A stretch of DNA of 64,000 bases from Lysobacterales bacterium (GTDB lineage Bacteria; Pseudomonadota; Gammaproteobacteria; Xanthomonadales; SZUA-38), in NCBI GenBank assembly GCA_028285525.1, contig JANQOZ010000004.1, positions 3,329 through 67,328 of the forward strand. The letters are read 5' to 3'. The position numbers were made by a program, and so were the translations under genes. Shown one piece after another: positions 1 to 8,885 of the stretch. The notes below the pieces were generated by a model. That model was not told the origin of the DNA. It saw only the letters and a list, made by a program, of their open reading frames with translations, and searched no databases. Within the stretch, counting starts at the first letter, position 1. Every line of letters starts with the position of its first letter.

Positions 1-358
1 GGTGCAGGCGCCCCGGGAAATTCTGTTCAGCGCGATCGAGCAGGTCGATCCAGTGCTGACGATCGCGGTTGTAGCTCTCGAAGCTCTTGTCCCACGTCAT
101 GCGCTGCTGGCTGCGCATCACCCGTTTCCAGCTGTTGGCGGCGGGCATGGCGTCCACAACCGGCGCAAGCTCGGCGTAGTCACAGGAGGCACCGGCGTCC
201 GGCAGGCCGGCGGCGCTGGCATCGGCGACCAGCTGGCCGGCGATCTGGGGAAACCAGTCGCGTATCGCGAAATTTCGGACCTGGGTGAGATAGTCGGCGT
301 AGCTGTCGTCTTCCAGCCGCGGCTGGCGCGGCGCTTTACCCACGCTATTGCGTTCCAT
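1..358 (-). CDS. hypothetical protein (N-terminal part only; gene runs off the window start)
   Basis: ATG at 358-356 (complement), open to position 1 in a frame absent from the ORF track because no stop lies in the window. Translation MERNSVGKAPRQPRLEDDSYADYLTQVRNFAIRDWFPQIAG... shows strong GC3 bias. It is divergent from the LysR gene. The listed ORFs 2..496(+) and 118..615(-) are judged shadows. Confidence 0.6.
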   Translation of the reverse strand, partial: MERNSVGKAPRQPRLEDDSYADYLTQVRNFAIRDWFPQIAGQLVADASAAGLPDAGASCDYAELAPVVDAMPAANSWKRVMRSQQRMTWDKSFESYNRDRQHWIDLLDRAEQNFPGRLH

Positions 359-508
359 GGTAGGCTTTCCCGTAGATTTTTTGCAGTCCGACAGACTACT
401 AAAAGCGCCATAAGCCAGCCAATTGATGGGCTGTATGAAACCATACCCGGCGTCGATGGAGTGATCGCTGCAGGCCTGTTGAACCGCCTAAACTGAGGTA
501 AGGCCACT

Positions 509-1435
509 ATGGATATTCGCCAGCTGAAGCATTTTGTTGCGGTCTTTGAGCAGCGCAACCTGTCGAAAGCGGCTGAGGCGATCCCCCTGAGCCAGCCGGC
601 TCTGACCCGCAGCATGAAAACATTGGAAGATCAGCTCGGCGTCGAGCTGTTTGAACGTCATGCGCGGGGGGCGACGCCCACCGCAGCCGGGGAACGGCTC
701 TACCACCACGCCAAATCGATCCTGGCCGAATGCGCGCGGGCACGCCGCGATGCGCAGCAGCCGGTGGGTGAACTGGCCGGCTCCGTGGCCCTGGGCGTGG
801 GCGCACTTTTTGCGACCCGCATCATCGACGACATGATCGGGCGTTTCTGCAGCCGCCACCCGAAGGTGCGGGTGCATCTTCAGCAAGGCTACTTTGAAGA
901 TCTGATCAACGCCCTTGATCTCGGTCAGATCGAGGTGGCGTTCAGCAACTTTCCTCTCCTCGCTTTACCCGACTCGATGGAGTTTGAGCCGCTGGTGCAG
1001 GTCTATACGAGCGTGTTTGCGGCCAGCTCTCATCCGCTTGCGGAGCATGAAGAGCCACCGCTGGAGAAGCTACGGGATGCACGCTGGGCGTCGGTCGACC
1101 AGCCTCACGCGCTGGAGGTGCTGGACTCGCTGTTCATCTCAGCCGGCATAGCGGCTCCGCGTCCGGCGCTGCAGGCCAACTCACTGACGTTGATCAAGTC
1201 GCTGGTGATGTCCGGCGGTTTTGTCGGGCTGATCCCCGATCATCTGGTGCGCCAGGAGCTGGCTGAAGGCACCGTCACCCGGCTGAACGTGCCGGGCGTT
1301 CCGCTGATCCGCAGCGCGGGCCTGATCACTCGGAAGGAGGCATTTCAGCGGCCTGTGGCCAACGCGCTGGCGGAGGAAATCCGCCAGTCGATCGCGCTTG
1401 AGGTGGATGAGGTAAAGGCCGCCGGTAACGCCTGA
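509..1435 (+). CDS. LysR-family transcriptional regulator
   Basis: N-terminal HTH MDIRQLKHFVAVFEQRNLSKAAEAIPLSQPALTRSMKTLEDQLGVELFER is typical of LysR regulators. Length is 308 aa. SD-like gaggtaagg lies upstream. Confidence 0.93.
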   Translation: MDIRQLKHFVAVFEQRNLSKAAEAIPLSQPALTRSMKTLEDQLGVELFERHARGATPTAAGERLYHHAKSILAECARARRDAQQPVGELAGSVALGVGALFATRIIDDMIGRFCSRHPKVRVHLQQGYFEDLINALDLGQIEVAFSNFPLLALPDSMEFEPLVQVYTSVFAASSHPLAEHEEPPLEKLRDARWASVDQPHALEVLDSLFISAGIAAPRPALQANSLTLIKSLVMSGGFVGLIPDHLVRQELAEGTVTRLNVPGVPLIRSAGLITRKEAFQRPVANALAEEIRQSIALEVDEVKAAGNA

Positions 1436-1463
1436 TGGGAGTTGCCTGCCGCCGGGGTCCCGG

Positions 1464-1793
1464 TCAGGCTGAGGTCGCGCCGATTTTCTTCAGCGATTCG
1501 AACACCCGCTTTGTCATCTCCGCGAGCGCCTCGTCCCGGCTTGCCCGCTGTTCAGCGCTCAGCTGATAGCTTTCTATCTCGTCGGCCGAAACCAGCCCCT
1601 TATCCTGCAGCAGCGCTTCCAGAGTCCGGCGCCGATCGCGTTCAATCCAGAGCTCCCCGCCCAGCGCCAACACCGATTCCATCAGCGCGTCCATCAGCGG
1701 GTGGGGCAGGAACGACGGTTCCTGGCCGGCCTCGGGCATTCCGATCGCGGCAACCTGCTCGGCCGCGGCGCGAGCTTTCTCCTCTGGCGTCAC
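1464..1793 (-). CDS. conserved small protein of unknown function (109 aa), paralogue of 8556..8885
   Basis: I chose the GTG at 1793-1791, which overlaps the TGA stop (1792-1790) of the upstream dioxygenase as GTGA. This gives exactly the same length as the paralogue. Shared core: ELWIERDRRRTLEALLQDKGLV versus ELWILRDRVTVLEHLLTEAGVL. The longer track ORF (to 1940) has an Arg-rich, implausible N-terminus. Confidence 0.65.
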   Translation of the reverse strand: MTPEEKARAAAEQVAAIGMPEAGQEPSFLPHPLMDALMESVLALGGELWIERDRRRTLEALLQDKGLVSADEIESYQLSAEQRASRDEALAEMTKRVFESLKKIGATSA

Positions 1794-2731
1794 CCTGCAA
1801 CCGCCTCGTTTTTGTGCTTCGCCTGCAGCCGCTTGAACTCTTCGAATTCGTTCACGTCGTCGCGGCGGGTCTTGGACCAGCTTGTCGCAAAGCCGCGCGG
1901 AAAATCGGCGTCGCCGTCGCGCTGGCCGTCTTCGGACCACAGCATCGGAATGCAGGGGCCGGCCGGAACCTCTCCGACAATCATCTCGTCCACGCTGACG
2001 CCGGCCAGGCTGAGGCAGTCAGGCCGTGGCTTCCAGCGGATGTCGTCCCCGAAAACCCGCACGGAAACGGCGATTCGCCAATCATCAGCGGTGTTGCCGT
2101 GAGAGTAGTGCAGCGTCCAGGGGTGGACGATCAAGATGTCGCCCGGCTCCATATCCCACTGTTTGAAGGTGAAGTTCGGGTCGCCGCGGCGCGCTTCACC
2201 GTCGGGGTGAAGCGGCCGATCCTCCGGTCGGATCATCTGCCGACCGTTGGGAGAAAACAGCCAGTACGGGACGTCCTCGTGCTGGGTGCCGAGGATGCAC
2301 TCGAGGCAGTTCTCCTTCGCCACCGGCGTCAGCGGGATCCAGATCGATGGCACCATGACGCCGCTGGTCGGCCAGCCCATCCGGTCGTTGTGCCAGATCG
2401 TGGCTTCGTTTGACTGCGGGCCTTTGGCGAAAATCTCGTCGAAAAAGAACTTCGCGTAGCTGGAACGCATCACCCTGGCGGCCGCCTCGGCGACGGGCGA
2501 ATTGAATACGAAGTCGCGAAACTCAGGCACGGTGCGCGACATGTAGCGGCCTGGGTAGCTGGGCAGCAGGCCGAAATCCTCTTTGTCGATCGTGATGCGG
2601 CGGGCAACCGGAAGGAGTCGCTCGACCCAGGCGCTGTCGAACACCTGGCGCAGACAGACAACGCCGTCGCGCTCGTAAGTTGTGATCTCTTCTTCCGTGA
2701 TCGGCCGGCAGGCCTGAGGAGCGGTGTTCAT
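1790..2731 (-). CDS. phytanoyl-CoA dioxygenase (PhyH) family Fe(II)/2-oxoglutarate oxygenase
   Basis: 313 aa. H-x-D (WHND) and distal His (HYSHGN) motifs. The N-terminal ITEEEITTYERDGVVCLRQVF is typical of the PhyH family. Confidence 0.9.
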   Translation of the reverse strand: MNTAPQACRPITEEEITTYERDGVVCLRQVFDSAWVERLLPVARRITIDKEDFGLLPSYPGRYMSRTVPEFRDFVFNSPVAEAAARVMRSSYAKFFFDEIFAKGPQSNEATIWHNDRMGWPTSGVMVPSIWIPLTPVAKENCLECILGTQHEDVPYWLFSPNGRQMIRPEDRPLHPDGEARRGDPNFTFKQWDMEPGDILIVHPWTLHYSHGNTADDWRIAVSVRVFGDDIRWKPRPDCLSLAGVSVDEMIVGEVPAGPCIPMLWSEDGQRDGDADFPRGFATSWSKTRRDDVNEFEEFKRLQAKHKNEAVAG

Positions 2732-3020
2732 AGTTTCACCTGTGTCCAGAATTTTTTTCGGACGTTAATTTAGCCAGCGCGGCGGCCGATCACAAATTCA
2801 TATGTCGGGCCGTGCCATACGGGGCGTGCATGGATTGCCTGATCCCAAGGTGTTGGACTGGGTCCCTTTATCCATGCACTCAAAGTATGGCGGGGCAGGT
2901 AATTTTGATTGGTTCAATCGTCTGACGCACGTCAACCTGCGTTTTCATCCTCTCAACAGGACACACGGTGAACGACGCAGCCAGCCGCAAGAACAAAGCC
3001 TTCCCGATGGCGGTGGACCG

Positions 3021-3830
3021 ATGACCGATCGCGCCAAAATGGTTGATGTGGGTGAGGCCGAGATTTACACCGAAACTCACGGCGAAGGCGAACCGATGCT
3101 CCTCATTGCCGGCCTCGGTGGCAAGGGTTCTTTCTGGCACAAGCAGGTGCCCATGCTGGCGGAGCGCTACAAGCTGATCCTTCACGATCACCGTGGTGTT
3201 GGCAACAGCTCACCCGCGCCTGTGGTCACCAGCTCGCAGGAGATGGCTCAGGACGTTCTCGCCCTGATGGACGCGATGGGCCTTGAATCCGCGCACGTTG
3301 TCGGGCATTCGACCGGCGGCGCCATCGGGCAGCATATGGCGTTGATGCAGCCCAATAAGGTTAAGTCGCTGGTGCTGAGCGCGAGCTGGCCGGGCCCCAC
3401 CCAGCTGTTTGTCGACACCTTCCGCACCCGTCGAGACATCTTGATCAACTGCGGTGTGCGTCAGTACATGATGGTGGGCAGCCTGCTGGCGTCCCCGGCT
3501 TGGTCGATCTCTCCGACCTATCCGGGCATGGACGAATACCTCAAGCAGCGGATCGAGACCTTCCCGGGGCTCGAAATTGAGCTCGCCCGGCTGAACGCGG
3601 TGATGACGCACGACCTTCGTTATCGTCTTAAAGACATCAACGTTCCCACCGGCGTCATCTCGGCCCGGGACGACTCCCTGACGTCAGCAGACATGTCGGA
3701 CGAGCTGGCCAAGCTCATCCCCGACGCCAAGCAGGTGATGCTGCCGGAAGGCGGCCACTTCTGCCCGATGACAGTGACCGAGCGGTACAACCAGGAGCTG
3801 CTGGATCTGATCGACGCCATCAACGGCTAG
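3021..3830 (+). CDS. alpha/beta-fold hydrolase (RutD / enol-lactonase-like)
   Basis: Start moved to the ATG at 3021 (MTDRAKMVDVGEAEIYTETHGEGEPMLLIAGLGG). Nucleophile elbow GHSTG, HDHRGVGNS motif, 269 aa. The upstream part of track ORF 2802.. has poor coding character. Confidence 0.88.
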   Translation: MTDRAKMVDVGEAEIYTETHGEGEPMLLIAGLGGKGSFWHKQVPMLAERYKLILHDHRGVGNSSPAPVVTSSQEMAQDVLALMDAMGLESAHVVGHSTGGAIGQHMALMQPNKVKSLVLSASWPGPTQLFVDTFRTRRDILINCGVRQYMMVGSLLASPAWSISPTYPGMDEYLKQRIETFPGLEIELARLNAVMTHDLRYRLKDINVPTGVISARDDSLTSADMSDELAKLIPDAKQVMLPEGGHFCPMTVTERYNQELLDLIDAING

Positions 3831-4113
3831 TATCCGAGGCTTGAGCGAGCGTATCAGGCGCCAAGCCAAGGCGATATCGATCGCCAACAGCGCCGACAAT
3901 CGACGCCAACCTTTCCAATTGGCAGCACGAAGTCTGACGTTAAACCCTTGCTGCGGCAGAGTTGCGATTTAGCGAGCGGGACACCCCAAGGCTGTTGAGG
4001 CTCAGCAGCTTTCCCGATCCCACTTTGCCAGCCGATGGCGGGATTTACGCGTTTTCTTCGCCCTACCTACTGAAGGCATTTTCTTTAGCGAAAAGCGATC
4101 AGGAGGAACAACC

Positions 4114-6954
4114 ATGCGACCCACCATCCGCTTAGATCTTGCGTCGAGCAAAATTCCGCGCGGCGGCTACTGGCTTGGCGGAGCGAGGAGCGCCAACATT
4201 GATGCAGCAGGGCCTAGGTGGCTTCGACTCATGGCTTGTGGGTTGTTGATGATTGCGGGTCCGGCAGCCGCGCAGCTGATCGTCGATGACACTAGCACCC
4301 TGTTCGACTTTGATCTCGACGATGGCGTTTGCCAGGTCTGCTACCTGACCGACGTCACCGATCAGTGCGTACAGCCTGGAGGTTGCAGTCTCAACGCAGC
4401 GATACAGCTCGCTAACCAATCGCCCGATCTGGATATCATTCAGTTCGCCGTGCCCAGTATCACCAGCAGCAACCTAGGTTTTCCGGCCATCGAGACTCAG
4501 ATCATCCTCGACGGATCTGTCGGTGGTGGTCGCGTTCGGCTCCTGTCCGGCGGTGCTAATGTTCCAGGGCTGCGCTTCGAGGGCCCGGGGTCAGCCGACA
4601 GCGAAGTGCTCGGAGTGGAGGTCTCTGGTTTTCCCACCGGCATCGAGTTTCGCTTCAGTCTCGGCGGCACCGTTCAAAACTGTGTGGTGCGGAACACCGA
4701 GCCGACAAGCGTCGGAATCTCTGCCATCAGCTCGGAGGCGACGCTCATCGGTGGCAGGACCGATCAGAACCAAGGCAATACGATTGTCGGTAACGGCCGA
4801 GGTGTCTTTCTCAGCGGCACCGGTGATCATAAGGTTTTTGGCAATCTAATAGGCATTGAGGCTGACGGGCAGGCCAACGGCAACGAGGTCGGCATTCTCG
4901 TTGAGGCTGGGGCGGGCGAGGGGACCATGATCGGCGATGGTAATCCGCGCCACCGCAACGTCATTGGCAACAACACCACCGCCGGCATTGTTGCGTCCGG
5001 AACCGCGGCGATCGGCAGCAGCCAGGATGTGCGACTGCTGGAGATCTACGGCAACTACATCGGTACCAATGCGCTTGGGACGGAGGCGGCTCCCAATGGA
5101 CGAGGTATCGAGCTCATCCGCAGTGACGGCGTACGGATCGGTCGCGGCTCCTGGCCAGACCCGCGGGGAAATCTGATTTCCGGAAACGGGATCGAGGGAG
5201 ACAGTTTTCCCTGGGCGGGTGCCGGCGTGTACCTCAACAACCGCAACGTCAACACCTTTGTTGAAGCGAACACCGTCGGCATCAGCTTGCCGTTTGGGAG
5301 GCTCCCCAATGAGGAGGGTGTGGTGGTTCGGGGGCAGGCGCGGGATGTTGAGGTAGCAAACAATTGGATCTCTGGAAACGAGGGCAACGGCGTCGTCCTG
5401 ACCCGAATCAACAACTTCATTCCCGAAGAAAACCGAATCTTGTTTAACAATATCGGCGTTGAGCCTTCCGAAGTGGGTTCTTTCAGCAACGAGACCCTGC
5501 GTAATGGTGCCAACGGCGTTCTGCTGGAAAATGCCGAATTTAATCGGGTTGCCCACAACAGGATCGGCAACAGCGTTGGTGATGGCGTGCGGCTTACAGG
5601 AGGGCAATCAACGGAAAACTTCATCGAACGCAACGAAATTGGAGGCATCATTGATGTCGACCGTAGCATCCCCGGTCCTGGGCTTGTGGAAGCCTTACTC
5701 AGGCCGAATCAAGGAGACGGTGTCGCCATCGTTGACGGCACAAACAACCTGATCGACCGTAATTCAATCCTGTTCAGCTCGAATGGTGTTCGCTTGAGCA
5801 ACGCCGATCAAAACACAGTTAGTAGAAATGACCTTGGAGCGATACCGGAGATCGGTGTGGTTACCAATTCGGGCGGAAACCGCATTAGCGGTGCCCGCAT
5901 GGAAGACGGGTCAGACGAAAACGAGTTGTCCGAGAATACCTGCAGCTCAAACCCGAAGTGCATAGTGGTTAGCGAAGGAACGGGAAATACAATTCAGGGC
6001 AACTTGATTGCCAACTCTAAGCTGGAGCCAATAGATTTGGGCGACGACGGCTCTGATGTGAACGACCTGCTGGACGGGGATGTTGGTCCCAACGGAAGGC
6101 AAAACGCACCCTCGGTTGGTGAAATTGAAATCGCAAACGACGGAATCATGATGTCTGTTCAAGGCTCCCTCTCAGCCAAGCCGTCTACGACCTATGATAT
6201 CGAGGCGTTTTTGGCACTACCGGTTGCGTCGAGTTACTTCCTAATCGGCGTGGATCGGCCGATACCCTCTCTGCCGAGGGCCGATGCGCGTCTTGGCTCG
6301 GAAAGCGTCACTACCGACGCTTTCGGCTTTGCCGCTTTCACCATTCAGGGATCAGTTCAGCTCTTCGGCCTTACTGGGCCCAGAAACATCTCCGGGTCGA
6401 GCGCGACATTAACCGCAACAGATCCGGCCGGGAACACGTCCGAACTGTCGATTGTCCCGGACGAAGCTGGCCCTCCGTTGTTGGTTCAGGCGGTTTTGCC
6501 GCAGGGAATTGTCCTCATCGGACGTGATGGAGAGACGGAAGTCCGTGTCCCAATCGACATTTCAAACCTGGGCATTGATCAGGCCATTGACGTTCAGCTG
6601 GGTTTTGAGTTCCGTCTCCCCTTTGAGAGCTCTCTAGAACTGGATCGCTTGGTCAAACAGGAGTTCGATGGCGATGCGATTGTCGAAGATGTCATACCCT
6701 GCGACCTGGACGGTGGGGGTGAGACCCCTATCTCTTGTAATCTCGGTGATCTAGATGGTCGCAGTTGGCAAAGCCTTGAGATCATTGGTCGGGTTGTTGC
6801 AACGGCAGCACTGAAAGGTGCTTCGGCCATCGAGATGCGAGCTCGGGCCTCTGCGACGATTGCTGGTGAACTTGTTGAGACAAGCGAGATTGTTCTTTTG
6901 GCTGTTGAGCCGCCAGCCGAACTGCCAATCTTCGCTTCCGGATTCGAATCCTGA
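4114..6954 (+). CDS. large exported right-handed parallel beta-helix repeat protein (CSLREA-like N-terminal motif)
   Basis: Strong SD aggagg 7 nt upstream and a signal-like LRLMACGLLMIAGPAAAQ. GGCSLNAAIQLANQSPDLDIIQFAV resembles the CSLREA motif. Many N-x-I-x-G-N-x-x-x-G-[IV] beta-helix turns. IDLGDDGSDVNDLLDGDVGPNGRQNAP motif. Ends ...PIFASGFES. Confidence 0.85.
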   Translation: MRPTIRLDLASSKIPRGGYWLGGARSANIDAAGPRWLRLMACGLLMIAGPAAAQLIVDDTSTLFDFDLDDGVCQVCYLTDVTDQCVQPGGCSLNAAIQLANQSPDLDIIQFAVPSITSSNLGFPAIETQIILDGSVGGGRVRLLSGGANVPGLRFEGPGSADSEVLGVEVSGFPTGIEFRFSLGGTVQNCVVRNTEPTSVGISAISSEATLIGGRTDQNQGNTIVGNGRGVFLSGTGDHKVFGNLIGIEADGQANGNEVGILVEAGAGEGTMIGDGNPRHRNVIGNNTTAGIVASGTAAIGSSQDVRLLEIYGNYIGTNALGTEAAPNGRGIELIRSDGVRIGRGSWPDPRGNLISGNGIEGDSFPWAGAGVYLNNRNVNTFVEANTVGISLPFGRLPNEEGVVVRGQARDVEVANNWISGNEGNGVVLTRINNFIPEENRILFNNIGVEPSEVGSFSNETLRNGANGVLLENAEFNRVAHNRIGNSVGDGVRLTGGQSTENFIERNEIGGIIDVDRSIPGPGLVEALLRPNQGDGVAIVDGTNNLIDRNSILFSSNGVRLSNADQNTVSRNDLGAIPEIGVVTNSGGNRISGARMEDGSDENELSENTCSSNPKCIVVSEGTGNTIQGNLIANSKLEPIDLGDDGSDVNDLLDGDVGPNGRQNAPSVGEIEIANDGIMMSVQGSLSAKPSTTYDIEAFLALPVASSYFLIGVDRPIPSLPRADARLGSESVTTDAFGFAAFTIQGSVQLFGLTGPRNISGSSATLTATDPAGNTSELSIVPDEAGPPLLVQAVLPQGIVLIGRDGETEVRVPIDISNLGIDQAIDVQLGFEFRLPFESSLELDRLVKQEFDGDAIVEDVIPCDLDGGGETPISCNLGDLDGRSWQSLEIIGRVVATAALKGASAIEMRARASATIAGELVETSEIVLLAVEPPAELPIFASGFES

Positions 6955-6977
6955 GATGTCGCGGAGTTTGCTCGGCG

Positions 6978-8552
6978 TTAAAGACCCAGCGAGCCTGGAT
7001 TGATCAGGCCCAGCGGATCGACCCGTCGCTTCAGGTCCTGCAGCAGGCTGAGCCCAACCGGATTCCGGTCACGCAGCACCGGATAGACCCGGCCGATCTG
7101 CAGATGCACGCCGCCGTGCTCGAATGCCTTTTCGATCATCACCTGGCGGATGGCGTCGGCCAGCTGTCTCGCTTCCACGTCGGGCTTTCGGTTGGCTGCA
7201 GCCTCCAATGCTGCCTCGGACGTATGGCGACGATGGAATTCATCGACGGCGTCGTCCCAGGCGACCACCGGCTCGTAGAGAAAGCCGGTGGTTCCGACCG
7301 TAGCCAAGGCGGCAGTCACGGCCATGTTGCTGGCCTCCATGTCCGGCCTAAGCGGCTCGATGGCTTCAAAAAATGCTTTGTGAAACGGGATGGCGCCGTC
7401 CAGCGGCAGGATGGTGCTGGGCGGGAGCTGACGTTGACCGGTGGGCGACAGCATGTCGTACTTCAGAAAGGGATCAGCTCGGAGCGCTATCGGTACGGTG
7501 TTGGCGATTTCCACACCCTGGCCGCCGACCGCCTGGCGCACCGCCTGGGCGTAGCCGTTGAGCTGAGTCTGATTGGCGCCCTCTAGAACGTAGTGAAAGC
7601 TGAACTCGACGTCCTTCAAAAAGCGCCGGCCGGCCGCCGCCACTTTGGCCATGCGCAGCATGCCGTCCACCACTCCCGAGCCGGTGCGCCCGATCTTCCA
7701 CAGCGTCTTGAGATCCTGTCCGAGAGACACCTGGCTGGCCGCGGCAATCGCTTTGGACTCCGGCATGCCGAAGTTGTCGGCAGCGATACCCAGCCGCGCC
7801 ACCTCAGCGGCCGCCTGCGCTGCTTTTTCAAAAGACGTAAAACCGAATGACAGCCCGATCATGCGCTCGGGCCGCCGGATGAGTCGCAGGGTAATCGCGC
7901 TCTTGATACCCAGCGCGCCGCAGTCGCTCAGGAAAAGGCCTGTCAGGTCCGGACCATAGTTGCGGAAGAACGGATGATGATTGGGCTGTCCCGACGCTCC
8001 GGTTCGGACGATCTGCCCATCGGCCAGCACCACCTCGAGGTCCAGGACCGATTCGCTCGACACGCCGTACTTACCCGAACCCCAGCTCAAGGTGCCCTGG
8101 GAAACCGATCCGCCGACCGTTGCGTTGAGTCCCGAGAAGGGACCCCAAAACGGCGTACGGAGCTTGAGTGGCGCCAGCGCCTTATCGAGCTCAGCCCAGG
8201 TGCAGCCCGGCTCGACGGTCACGTACATCTTTTGCTCGTCGATCTTCAGCACGCGGTTCATCGATCGAAGATCAAGCGTGATGCCGGTTTGACTGGGCGT
8301 GTAGCCGTCGGTGTAGGAGTAGCCGCCGCCGCGAGGAAAGACGGCCAGACCGCCGGCTGTTGCGGTTGCGACTACGCGCGACAGTTCGTCCGCATTTCGT
8401 GGCGCCACTACGGCAAGCGCGTCGACACCCTTTCGAAAGTAGTCTTGGGAAAAGTAGTCGAGCTCGCTGGCATCGGTCGTGACGCCGTCGGCCCCGACGA
8501 TGGCGGTAAAGTCTGAGGCGTCAAAGCCGGTGATGGGTGCGGTAGCGGCCAT
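6978..8552 (-). CDS. FAD-linked oxidase (FAD_binding_4 / GlcD-like dehydrogenase)
   Basis: 524 aa. N-terminal FAD-binding PCMH-type region (VVAPRNADELSRVVATATAGGLAVFPRGGGYSYTDG). Last gene of a minus-strand operon. Confidence 0.9.
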   Translation of the reverse strand: MAATAPITGFDASDFTAIVGADGVTTDASELDYFSQDYFRKGVDALAVVAPRNADELSRVVATATAGGLAVFPRGGGYSYTDGYTPSQTGITLDLRSMNRVLKIDEQKMYVTVEPGCTWAELDKALAPLKLRTPFWGPFSGLNATVGGSVSQGTLSWGSGKYGVSSESVLDLEVVLADGQIVRTGASGQPNHHPFFRNYGPDLTGLFLSDCGALGIKSAITLRLIRRPERMIGLSFGFTSFEKAAQAAAEVARLGIAADNFGMPESKAIAAASQVSLGQDLKTLWKIGRTGSGVVDGMLRMAKVAAAGRRFLKDVEFSFHYVLEGANQTQLNGYAQAVRQAVGGQGVEIANTVPIALRADPFLKYDMLSPTGQRQLPPSTILPLDGAIPFHKAFFEAIEPLRPDMEASNMAVTAALATVGTTGFLYEPVVAWDDAVDEFHRRHTSEAALEAAANRKPDVEARQLADAIRQVMIEKAFEHGGVHLQIGRVYPVLRDRNPVGLSLLQDLKRRVDPLGLINPGSLGL

Positions 8553-8555
8553 AGG

Positions 8556-8885
8556 TCAGGGTTGTTCCTTCAGTGTGTCCAGGTCGAGCTTCTTCCGGTG
8601 GCCGGCGCCGACGATGCGAGCGACCAGCTGATCACGTTCGCGATCGAGCCGTTCAGCCAGATCTGTCGGGAGCTCAAAATTGTCGACGGCGTCGGGCTTC
8701 AGAACGCCGGCCTCCGTCAGAAGGTGCTCGAGTACGGTCACCCTGTCGCGCAGAATCCAAAGCTCTGAAAGGAGTTCGGTTTGACTCAGGGCAAGCGCAT
8801 CGAGTTCCGGCGTCGACAGGTAGGGTTTGTCCGGTCGCTGCGCGTGTTGCGACGTCTCGCTGCTTTTGGTGCTGTCTTCCGTCAC
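8556..8885 (-). CDS. conserved small protein of unknown function (109 aa), paralogue of 1464..1793
   Basis: The ATG at 8885 overlaps the upstream methyltransferase stop (ATGA). Good codon bias. Alignable over about 70 aa with 1464..1793. Confidence 0.7.
   Translation of the reverse strand: MTEDSTKSSETSQHAQRPDKPYLSTPELDALALSQTELLSELWILRDRVTVLEHLLTEAGVLKPDAVDNFELPTDLAERLDRERDQLVARIVGAGHRKKLDLDTLKEQP

Noticed and set aside
1442-2413. Plus-strand 323-aa ORF overlapping the PhyH region
   Set aside because: The Pro/Arg/Ala-rich translation has no motifs. The opposite strand encodes a clear PhyH dioxygenase with HxD...H motifs.
2802-3020. N-terminal extensions of track ORFs (2802, 12044, 25746, 26723, 44040, 44216, 47814, 54572, 55445, 57566)
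   Set aside because: In each case an internal start gives a canonical signal peptide or family-typical N-terminus and has an SD-like sequence. The extended parts have poor coding character or cross divergent promoters.
4846-5669. Minus-strand ORFs inside the beta-helix gene (253 and 204 aa), plus similar antisense ORFs at 12158..13009, 32283..33068, 43239..43901, 45066..45800 and 54641..55486
   Set aside because: Each lies opposite a gene with strong family motifs and better codon bias. No start-site signals were seen. I treat them as frame shadows.
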